Assembly (NCBI GenBank): GCA_044342325.1
Contig: JBIIPZ010000057.1
Coordinates: forward strand, 1-14,301
Reading direction: 5' to 3'
Origin: Terrimicrobiaceae bacterium
GTDB lineage: Bacteria; Verrucomicrobiota; Verrucomicrobiia; Chthoniobacterales; Terrimicrobiaceae
Length of the DNA stretch: 14,301 nucleotides
Shown: piece by piece, positions 7,672-14,301 of the stretch
Position numbering within the stretch: position 1 is the stretch's first letter
How the letters are laid out: every line of letters begins with the position of its first letter
Notes under the pieces: model-generated
Told to the model about the DNA's origin: nothing
The model's input: only the letters and a program-made list of their open reading frames with translations
Database searches by the model: none
Made by a program: the position numbers and the translations under genes

Positions 7672-9048
7672 TCATTTTTGATAGGCGTGCACACCGCTTT
7701 TTTCAACCTTCGCCAGTTTTGCAAATTGCTCCAAGAAATAAGTCGGCAAGTTTATTATCCTCGTCCCATTCGCTAAACAAGTTTCTCCAAAAGGCGCCAA
7801 ACTCACAACGACTCCTACACTTTGCTCGTATTGGGCCATGTATTCCAATACACCCTGCCAGTGACGCCTATCGCACTTCAAGGCCGCTTTGCATTCTACT
7901 GGAATGGTTCCAACTCCGATTTTCACTATAAAATCAATTTCCCCACCCGAGGGTGTTTTTTTCCAACCGGCAAGCTGCAGCCCCTGGCCTGCAAAGTCTA
8001 CTGCCACTTGATTTTCAATCACCCCGCCCAAGGACTTACGAACCAGCGCATCCACCGTTTCCAGCAAATGAATTGGCGGAATGGCAGATTCCCTCAACGA
8101 GCGCAAGAGTCCAGTATCAAACAAATAACGCTTGGGCAAATAATTATGCGAAGCCTCCATCCCCACTCCCCGCTGATCCGAACGCATGATCAAATGCCAA
8201 TCCTCCAGGCGCAAAAAAACCTCAGCTATCTTTGCATTCATTCGAGTTGTCGCATTTGGCCAGACCGAGGTGTTCTTCGATGCACCTCCGACAAAATTCG
8301 CCACACTTCGCAAGCACCCCTTCACCAGTGCTGCATCCCCCTCCCCGAAAATGCGAATAAAATCCCGCTCGTAATCGGCAAGAATTTGCCCAAGCATCTC
8401 AGCGCAATCACTACCCGAGGCGAAAGACAACACCACTGCGGGAAGACCGCCCGTTTTAAGAAACTCATCATACAACTCCAAAAGCCGCATGTGCCTCTGC
8501 GGCGAAATCTCTGGCACCGCCGACCGAATCACATCAGCCAAATGAGCCTCACCCACAGCCTCCAAGAATTCAGAAAAACAAAACGGACCCACAACGATCC
8601 GAGTCACCCTTCCCACTGGATATCTCTGATCCTCCCGAAACAACCGCGCCAGCGTCGATCCCGATAAGATCACCGAAGCCAGCGGCCAGTCCTCTTTCAT
8701 GAACCGCACAAACCCACCCAAGCGACGACTCTCCTGGGCCTCATCGATAAAAAGCACCTCCCCTTTCGTGGGATCAAACCCCAAGCGATCTCTTAACACC
8801 GCCTCGAAATCCTTGAAATCCCGACACTCATCCAGTAAAGAGCAAAGCCTCGCGTCCCGTTCCAGATTCAACGCATAAAACTTGCATTCCAGATTAAGCA
8901 ATGCATTGGATACCAACGAAGACTTGCCGACTTGCCTCGCCCCCTCCACCAACAAAACATTCTTGTTCAGCGAAGAATCCCGCAAAAAATCCGAAATCGC
9001 CTTGTCCCAGCGCCTCGGAATATATTTTTTCTGACTATTCTCACCCAT
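7672..9048 (-). CDS. AAA_14 family ATPase with C-terminal DUF4143 (PD-(D/E)xK-like) domain
   Basis: EGARQVGKS Walker A, LFIDEAQ Walker B, LSGS, GGLP, PKRYLFDTGL, GGVIENQV, EIDFI, PVECK. Confidence 0.9.
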   Translation of the reverse strand: MGENSQKKYIPRRWDKAISDFLRDSSLNKNVLLVEGARQVGKSSLVSNALLNLECKFYALNLERDARLCSLLDECRDFKDFEAVLRDRLGFDPTKGEVLFIDEAQESRRLGGFVRFMKEDWPLASVILSGSTLARLFREDQRYPVGRVTRIVVGPFCFSEFLEAVGEAHLADVIRSAVPEISPQRHMRLLELYDEFLKTGGLPAVVLSFASGSDCAEMLGQILADYERDFIRIFGEGDAALVKGCLRSVANFVGGASKNTSVWPNATTRMNAKIAEVFLRLEDWHLIMRSDQRGVGMEASHNYLPKRYLFDTGLLRSLRESAIPPIHLLETVDALVRKSLGGVIENQVAVDFAGQGLQLAGWKKTPSGGEIDFIVKIGVGTIPVECKAALKCDRRHWQGVLEYMAQYEQSVGVVVSLAPFGETCLANGTRIINLPTYFLEQFAKLAKVEKSGVHAYQK

Positions 9049-9103
9049 TTATGTTATAGAATAGTATGTTTCTGTAAACGCAAGGAAAATTTTGATAAAT
9101 CTA

Positions 9104-9127
9104 TGCCCCTCACCTCTCGACGCTGGT
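9104..9127 (+). repeat. 24-bp direct repeat, copy 1
   Basis: TGCCCCTCACCTCTCGACGCTGGT; 23/24 identical to 12125..12148. Confidence 0.85.
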
Positions 9128-9160
9128 TATTTTAAGAATCGATCGGGGGGGCAGGATTGA

Positions 9161-9358
9161 CTAAAGCGCTCTGGCGAGTGGAGGGGACACTGGTGGCATC
9201 AAGCGGACAAGCCGAAGATTTTCTGCCTGACGCAACTGCAAATTCGCGATCAACTTCTTCAAATCAAAGTCATTCTCCTCCGCGATCGCATCCTTGTTTC
9301 GATGAACTTCTGCCATCACTTCGTCGATACTTTGTTTTGCAATTTCAGTAGTTTTCAT
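9161..9358 (-). CDS. Small helical protein of the kind found downstream of PIN-domain genes (putative antitoxin/partner)
   Basis: IDEVMAEVHRNKDAIAEENDFDLKKLIANLQLRQ. The start overlaps the 3' end of a PIN-like remnant. Family call from pattern recognition only. Confidence 0.6.
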   Translation of the reverse strand: MKTTEIAKQSIDEVMAEVHRNKDAIAEENDFDLKKLIANLQLRQAENLRLVRLMPPVSPPLARAL

Positions 9359-9422
9359 CGTTTAAAAATTCCTCCGGCGTGCAGATAACAGGCAATACAA
9401 AACCCGAGTCCACTATTTTTGG
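9345..9422 (-). pseudogene. C-terminal remnant of a PIN-domain (VapC-like) protein
   Basis: Frame reads PKIVDSGFVLPVICTPEEFLNDENY*, with an in-frame TAA shortly upstream. G..lP.IcTPEE is a characteristic tail of a PIN subfamily. Confidence 0.65.
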
Positions 9423-9423
9423 G

Positions 9424-9640
9424 TCATCGCCTGCCTTGCAGCTTGAACCAAATTACCTGATCGAATCGCTCCCGCTCCTCATCATGGATGAGGCGAAGAC
9501 TGACGCAGGAAAGAAAACTTTCGGCGGCTTGCTGGATTTTCATCGCCTCTGCTCATGCAAAAGTGATTAAAAACGTTTAGCTGTTTTTCACTCGCCTCAT
9601 TTCCTGGGTGGACAATGCCTTTTCAGGTGAAACGGCTATG
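9424..9640 (-). mobile_element. Possible left-end remnant of an IS (ISAs1-like, DUF4338-type N-terminus)
   Basis: 39-aa ORF 9543..9424 (MKIQQAAESFLSCVSLRLIHDEERERFDQVIW...) resembles the start of DUF4338. CATAGCCGTTTCA at 9640..9628 resembles ISAs1-type termini. Both similarities are from memory. Confidence 0.35.
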
Positions 9641-9766
9641 AGTGCCAGCTTGGCTTGCCCAAGCGCAGCCTTGCGCCTCTGACTTATCCGTGTATATCCG
9701 AGCCATCCGTGGTTCCAATAATTCTGCCATCAATGATTTTGTCTATTTCTACGCTCCCTCGTCGGC

Positions 9767-9799
9767 TTCCTTGAATGTCAATAATTAATGCCTGAGCCC
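9767..9799 (+). repeat. 33-bp direct repeat, copy 1
   Basis: TTCCTTGAATGTCAATAATTAATGCCTGAGCCC; overlaps the last base of the ATPase TAG stop. Confidence 0.95.
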
Positions 9800-11121
9800 T
9801 AAGACGATCCTCGCAGAATCCACTCCCATACAGGCAATACAGCAACCCCCGCCGGCATTTCTGGATACGGCAACCGCGATTCTAATGTTAAAATAAAAGG
9901 CCGCGCATCCGAAAACTCCGTGCGGGCCTCCTGCAGCGCTCGCAACTCCCTCTCACGCGTCTCCGCATCATCCAGCGAAACACACACCTGGATCAACTCC
10001 CTCTCCCCAGTGGCCGTGGTCACCGCAAAATCCACCTCACGACCCTCTGCGGTTTTCCAATACCCGACAGAGTCCCCCCTGCGTTGCAATTCATGAAAAA
10101 CCGCCACCTCCAAGGCATGCCCTGCATTTGACTTGCCGCTCCGGTCAAAAACCGGAATCAACCCCGTATCCGCAGGATAAACTTTTCTCGGGTTCACCTG
10201 CCTTCGTTTCTCTGAATCCGTCGCCAATGGCAATGAAGCCACCAAAAAAGTATCCTCCAAATGCTCCAGAAATTGGTAAAGCATCTCACGACCCGCCGGA
10301 ATCCCTTGCGACTTCAAATCTGCAGCAAACTTCGTAATCGAAAAATGCCCTGCTGGATTGCCCAGGAGCCTCCGCACCATCCAGCGCAGCACGATCGGAT
10401 TTCCCACCCCATGGCGCTCGATGACATCTCGCAGCAATACGACATCCACATACCCTTGCAGGAGTTTACGCCGATCAGCAATTCCCATTCCCTGCGCCTC
10501 CGGAAAGCCCCCCACTTCGAGATAAACCGAAAATTGATGGTCCAGAAAAGCCCTCTCCCTCGCCACCAACCTTCCCGCATCCTCAGGAATCGCATATCCA
10601 TGATGCCGCAGAAACTCACCGAACCCAAATGGCTGGATCAAAATTTCCCAGGCCCGCCCCCGCATCGAAGTCGCAATCTCCCGGCTCAACAACTTCGCGG
10701 ATGAGCCCGAGACAAAAATCTCGTGAGTTCCAGAATCCAAGAGCCTCCTGCAAAATGGCTCCCACCCAGGCACCAACTGAATCTCATCAAAAAAGAACCC
10801 CACTTTTTCTTGCGTAGACGGCGGAAAAAGCCGCGCATGCACATCCACCACCTTGTGCAAATCCGCTACCTGCAATCCCCCCAACCGTTCATCCTCAAAA
10901 TTGAAATACACCAAATTCTTGGGATTCCTACCCTGCGCCATCAAATCCCCACGGCACTGATGTAAAAAACTCGTCTTCCCAGCACGCCTCATCCCGGTCA
11001 CTGCAAGCGCCTTGTTGGAAATTGCCGGCAACTCCACAGCACGCCTTGTCAACTCTGGAAGAGGCGACTCCACAGCCGAAAGAATTTTTTCTTTCAAGAT
11101 TTGATCAAGTTGACCTTCCAT
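9799..11121 (-). CDS. AAA_14 family ATPase with C-terminal DUF4143 domain
   Basis: TGMRRAGKT, YFNFEDERL, FFDEIQ, SGSS, GGFP, RDVIERH, KVYPADTG, EVDF, LIQV. ATG 11121 chosen (TTG 11130 is an alternative). Confidence 0.92.
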   Translation of the reverse strand: MEGQLDQILKEKILSAVESPLPELTRRAVELPAISNKALAVTGMRRAGKTSFLHQCRGDLMAQGRNPKNLVYFNFEDERLGGLQVADLHKVVDVHARLFPPSTQEKVGFFFDEIQLVPGWEPFCRRLLDSGTHEIFVSGSSAKLLSREIATSMRGRAWEILIQPFGFGEFLRHHGYAIPEDAGRLVARERAFLDHQFSVYLEVGGFPEAQGMGIADRRKLLQGYVDVVLLRDVIERHGVGNPIVLRWMVRRLLGNPAGHFSITKFAADLKSQGIPAGREMLYQFLEHLEDTFLVASLPLATDSEKRRQVNPRKVYPADTGLIPVFDRSGKSNAGHALEVAVFHELQRRGDSVGYWKTAEGREVDFAVTTATGERELIQVCVSLDDAETRERELRALQEARTEFSDARPFILTLESRLPYPEMPAGVAVLPVWEWILRGSS

Positions 11122-11222
11122 GCTATCCAATATTTATTTTATTTGGACTTTTTTCAAGTCTTTTTTTCGCCGCCAGTTCCAAGTCCTCAGGCATCTGTCT
11201 TCAGCCGAAGGCTTATCCTAGC

Positions 11223-11266
11223 TTTCAGCTCTTCCGAGTTTCAGCATTTCAGCTTTTCAGCTTTTC
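11223..11266 (+). repeat. Intergenic TTTCAGC-based 8-nt periodic repeat
   Basis: TTTCAGC at 11223, 11239, 11247 and 11255. Confidence 0.8.
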
Positions 11267-11292
11267 CAAAGCGGCCTTATCGTTCACAAAAA

Positions 11293-11325
11293 CCCCTTGA
11301 ATGTCAAGAATTAATGCCTTACCTC
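11293..11325 (+). repeat. 33-bp direct repeat, copy 2
   Basis: CCCCTTGAATGTCAAGAATTAATGCCTTACCTC; 27/33 identical to copies 1 and 3; supplies the TAA stop of the DUF2442 gene. Confidence 0.9.
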
Positions 11326-11574
11326 TATAGCGATTTGAATTTTATAAACTGAGTCTTCAAAGAGTGTATCGGGGCACAAATCCTGACCGTGAGGCCATTC
11401 TATCGAACCCATCGCAGCTTTGACTCTTGAAAAATAGTTAACATCTTTCAACTCTCGGAAAACTCCTTTGTCCAAATACGGCATCACATCGAACTCCCTT
11501 AACTCTGAATTCTCGAACTCGAGTTCCAGCTTATAGTTCGGGAGTGGCCTTACACTTCTTACCCTTGGGTTCAT
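11311..11574 (-). CDS. DUF2442 family protein (antitoxin-like partner of DUF4160)
   Basis: VRSVRPLPNYKLELEFEN, FDVMPYL, GVFRELKD..YF, SIEWPHGQDLCPDTL. Confidence 0.9.
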   Translation of the reverse strand: MNPRVRSVRPLPNYKLELEFENSELREFDVMPYLDKGVFRELKDVNYFSRVKAAMGSIEWPHGQDLCPDTLFEDSVYKIQIAIEVRH

Positions 11575-11575
11575 A

Positions 11576-11845
11576 TTACTTGAGCGGCTCTATTTTAAAA
11601 ACTTCTTGGCCATTAACAGCAAGGTCCGAATTTGCAAGGAGATCTTCTTTATGAATTTCAATCCATGCTTCAACCAATTTCATTTTATTGTTGGGAATAC
11701 TGCCTTCCATGATTTCACCATCAGGCAAGCCTAAAACAACCTCACTCCCAGCGTATTTTACATAAATATGTGGCTGATTATGCGCCTTATTATCAAAGAA
11801 GTAAATGTAAATTACAACTCCGTAGAACATTGATATTGCAGGCAT
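11576..11845 (-). CDS. DUF4160 family protein (toxin-like)
   Basis: MPAISMFYGVVIYIYF, HNQPHI, GEIMEGSIP, LVEAWIEIHKEDLLAN, FKIEPLK. Lies 1 nt upstream of DUF2442. Confidence 0.9.
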   Translation of the reverse strand: MPAISMFYGVVIYIYFFDNKAHNQPHIYVKYAGSEVVLGLPDGEIMEGSIPNNKMKLVEAWIEIHKEDLLANSDLAVNGQEVFKIEPLK

Positions 11846-12027
11846 GACTTTGTGTTGTTATTTATTTATTGTTATTCGAAAACTTGTCAAGTCCCACAGA
11901 ATCCGTGTTTATCCATCAAGGCAAGAAAAAAGTATTACCTAAGTCCTGACCGGGCCTCGCCACCAGTTACCATCGTCAAGCCGTAGTCGCGCAGCGCGAA
12001 GGAGGATCTCCTCCGCCGCTCCTCAAA

Positions 12028-12060
12028 TTCCTTAAATGTCAATAATTAATGCCTGACCCC
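12028..12060 (+). repeat. 33-bp direct repeat, copy 3
   Basis: TTCCTTAAATGTCAATAATTAATGCCTGACCCC; 31/33 identical to copy 1. Confidence 0.95.
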
Positions 12061-12124
12061 TCAGACCTCAGATTCACTCCGCCAGATCTGCGCCACCGCG
12101 CAGGCGTTCAGCTTTTTCTTCAGC

Positions 12125-12148
12125 TGCCCCTCGCCTCTCGACGCTGGT
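12125..12148 (+). repeat. 24-bp direct repeat, copy 2
   Basis: TGCCCCTCGCCTCTCGACGCTGGT; 23/24 identical to 9104..9127. Confidence 0.85.
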
Positions 12149-12215
12149 CTCTCGACTTGCTTTTCCGCCATCAGTCCTCCGCCGTCAGCCGTCAGTTTTC
12201 GACCGGCTTCGCCGC

Positions 12216-13604
12216 CTACTTCTCCCCATGGGTTTTCGCCCAAAATGCAAGCATGAAATACCCAAACAAAAACGGATACAAAGTGATGAGCGTTATATCC
12301 CTTCCCAGGTTAAAAGTCAGAACGCATCCGATAAAAAACAAAAGCATACGGCCCATTTTCACCCCCAGCAGGTCTTGCCTAGCAAGAATAACCACCCAGT
12401 AGGCAATTAGCGCTGCGGCCGCAATCGCACCAAAAAAACCTCCAAAATTCACCACCCCTTGCCCAATCATGCCGGTTGAGATCGTCGCTCCCACCCCACC
12501 TTGCGCATCTCCCGCGTCTCCATACAACTGCCCTCGGGCGATTGCGTAGTCGATACCGATCATCGGTTTACCCGGCCAGAGCGCGCGTGGAATCGGATTC
12601 ACCAACTCTGCAAAATACCTTGCCCCGTTATTAACCACATAGGTGCCCTTGTCGATAAAGGAATTCACCCAGGCCAACTCCTCAAACATATTGAGACCTA
12701 GATGCTTGGTATCGGTCGACTCCACCTTCTCTACGACGCCGCCAATGCCAAGCTGCTGGAAAGCCATCGCAACATTCGCGCCACTTCGCGTCTCGATGAC
12801 GAATTTCATCCAACCTTCTGTGACCAAAAACGCAGCAGCCAACACGGCTATTTTAAGAAAGATGCCGCCGCGAAAACGAACAAAAACCCAAGCGATCAAG
12901 CCCGGCAAAGCCACTGCAAGCATCGTATTCCGCGTGCGATCTAAGAGAAACCAAGGCAACGACAGAGCAGTCACGATGATTCCAATCCAGCGCGTGCGTG
13001 GATTTTTGGCCACAGCCGCCACGATGCCAAAAGACGCCGCGAGCATGATCTGAAGATAGTTTGCAAAAGAAATCAGGGCGTCAAACCCCGACCCCACTCT
13101 GCCTCGCCCCCAAGGATTCGCTTTGCCGGAAATGTAAGGCGCGAACAATCCCAACACATCAAAATTTGTTCGGATCAAAGCGATTAACATCAACAAACTC
13201 CAAACACCAAAAATAAGACCCGTCGCAATGTCCAAACGGCGCTGAAACTCCAAGTTATCAATACCACCCCGGTGCATGAGCGCCCAAAACTCGCTCTTTT
13301 GAGCCAATAACTTTCGATTTACCGTGCGATGGAGCAGCGGCACAAACACCAGAAACGCCCCAATAAAGAGAGCCACCTGCCACCAAGCCGACTCAAGATG
13401 CTGAAGACCAATCTCCCGAATATAGGAATCGTAATCATTGTAAATAGCATCTCCAAAATACCATACGCTGACAGTCACCAAAACAGCTGCCATCGGAATA
13501 CCCAAACCTGCTTCCCTCTTGCTCCAAGCGTAGGCAAAAGCCAATGCCAGCAACATCAACCCCACATAAAAACCCGCTGGAAATCCTATTGATTCTTCAA
13601 TCAT
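12216..13604 (-). CDS. Polytopic membrane protein, probable Wzy-type polysaccharide repeat-unit polymerase
   Basis: About 10 hydrophobic segments, DRTRN loop motif, large late periplasmic loop with NPIPRALWPGKP, and upstream of GT4 genes on the same strand. Confidence 0.75.
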   Translation of the reverse strand: MIEESIGFPAGFYVGLMLLALAFAYAWSKREAGLGIPMAAVLVTVSVWYFGDAIYNDYDSYIREIGLQHLESAWWQVALFIGAFLVFVPLLHRTVNRKLLAQKSEFWALMHRGGIDNLEFQRRLDIATGLIFGVWSLLMLIALIRTNFDVLGLFAPYISGKANPWGRGRVGSGFDALISFANYLQIMLAASFGIVAAVAKNPRTRWIGIIVTALSLPWFLLDRTRNTMLAVALPGLIAWVFVRFRGGIFLKIAVLAAAFLVTEGWMKFVIETRSGANVAMAFQQLGIGGVVEKVESTDTKHLGLNMFEELAWVNSFIDKGTYVVNNGARYFAELVNPIPRALWPGKPMIGIDYAIARGQLYGDAGDAQGGVGATISTGMIGQGVVNFGGFFGAIAAAALIAYWVVILARQDLLGVKMGRMLLFFIGCVLTFNLGRDITLITLYPFLFGYFMLAFWAKTHGEK

Positions 13605-13683
13605 TTTTAATGCTCATTGAAATACTCCGGCGAATCTACCCGATCGCGTGGCCCAAGAAGCGCCATTCTAGGCCAGCATTTTT

Positions 13684-14007
13684 TTAAATCACCAATCCAA
13701 GACGCTCCACAAGTTTCGCGGCGATCAAATTCCACTCCTCATGCGTCAAGGAACCAAGCCGTCGCATGAGCTTTGGCAGGCTGATTGATTGCACCTGCTG
13801 AATATGAAATGCGCCTTCCTTCAAAAATGGCTTTGGAATCGCAACTTCCCACTCGTTCCCGCGCAGAGCAGTTGTATGAGGAATCACAGTGACAAGAGCC
13901 AACTCGTCATTTGCAGGATAGTCCGTTAATAGCAAACAAGGCCGCACTTTTCCGGCAATCCCCGTGTCCACCTGCCAAATCTCAGCGCGAGAAGGCCGTG
14001 CGTTCAT
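13684..14007 (-). CDS. PemK/MazF family endoribonuclease toxin
   Basis: RAEIWQVD..GKVRPCLLL, VTVIPHTT, QVQSI...L.RRLG.L. ATG overlaps the upstream stop (ATGA). Confidence 0.9.
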   Translation of the reverse strand: MNARPSRAEIWQVDTGIAGKVRPCLLLTDYPANDELALVTVIPHTTALRGNEWEVAIPKPFLKEGAFHIQQVQSISLPKLMRRLGSLTHEEWNLIAAKLVERLGLVI

Positions 14008-14180
14008 TGGCCTTGTTTGGCTTCCATAAGGTCAAGCACTGCAAAGCCCTCGGAAGCCGCATGATCACAAATCGCCAAATCTTCTTCCTCCGACTCTAAA
14101 CTTAAAACCTGTAAGAAAAGCTCCCGCCTCTCGACAAGGGTCAGTTTTGGAATTTCCTCTAGAATTTCAGAAAAGCTCAT
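14004..14180 (-). CDS. Small acidic protein, putative antitoxin of the MazF-like toxin
   Basis: MSFSEILEEIPKLTLVERRELF...ESEEEDL. Translationally coupled upstream of the toxin. ATG 14180 chosen (TTG 14198 is an alternative). Confidence 0.7.
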   Translation of the reverse strand: MSFSEILEEIPKLTLVERRELFLQVLSLESEEEDLAICDHAASEGFAVLDLMEAKQGQ

Positions 14181-14301
14181 CGACTTAGTTTCTAACAATT
14201 TTATAAATGGTCAACCTAATTTTGACTTCCAGCCACCAGCTAATATTTCTTAAGCTGCTCTCGACTCTTTACCAGTTACCCGCCACCCATTACCTCATCA
14301 T

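Noticed and set aside
7368..7724. 118-aa ORF as an intact gene
   Set aside because: It starts at a TTG inside the ATPase gene. Only the middle matches the wzy C-terminus, so it is treated as a remnant.
11846..11895. Sigma70 promoter for DUF4160 (TTGACA at 11890..11885, minus strand)
   Set aside because: The -35 is good and the downstream DNA is AT-rich, but there is no convincing -10 at 16-18 nt spacing. Plausible, but not supportable as a feature.
11930..11953. TAAGTCCTGACCGGG as a fourth copy of the 33-bp repeat
   Set aside because: Only CCTGACC matches and the AATGTCA arm is missing, so it could be chance.
9767..12060. 33-bp repeats as a CRISPR array or integron attC sites
   Set aside because: The intervals are ~0.7 and ~1.5 kb and contain genes. 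There are no cas or integrase genes in the window, and no RYYYAAC...GTTRRRY long hairpin.
12061..12243. 60-aa ORF downstream of wzy
   Set aside because: It is mostly a translation of repeat mosaics, overlaps the wzy 3' end out of frame, and has no recognisable domain.
411..13592. Long antisense ORFs (e.g. 411..1028, 5722..6381, 7822..8667, 10261..10704, 12643..13053)
   Set aside because: They are shadows of well-supported genes on the opposite strand and have no motifs.

Overview
Bacterial chromosomal window, probably Verrucomicrobiota-like (inferred from gene context and repeat style, not proven). The left ~4.75 kb is GC-rich housekeeping DNA: a partial DUF4870 membrane protein, alr sitting 13 nt downstream of tRNA-Ala(CGC), a GT4 glycosyltransferase, a small lipoprotein, and tsaE-tsaB-DUF971. 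From ~4.8 kb to the end lies the distal end of a minus-strand surface-polysaccharide locus (Wzy-like polymerase and two GT4 genes). It is interrupted by co-oriented accessory modules: a MazF/PemK TA pair, a DUF4160/DUF2442 TA-like pair, two AAA_14/DUF4143 ATPases, and decayed PIN and IS-like fragments. Three structures stand out. (1) A 33-bp direct repeat occurs three times, each copy at a stop codon, and partitions the accessory genes like cassettes. (2) A diverged second copy of the wzy 3' end brackets that accessory block. (3) A shared vocabulary of short 7-9-nt repeats fills the intergenic spacers and is also inserted in-frame at equivalent loops of both GT4 genes, including an identical 32-bp AT-rich insert in two otherwise divergent genes.
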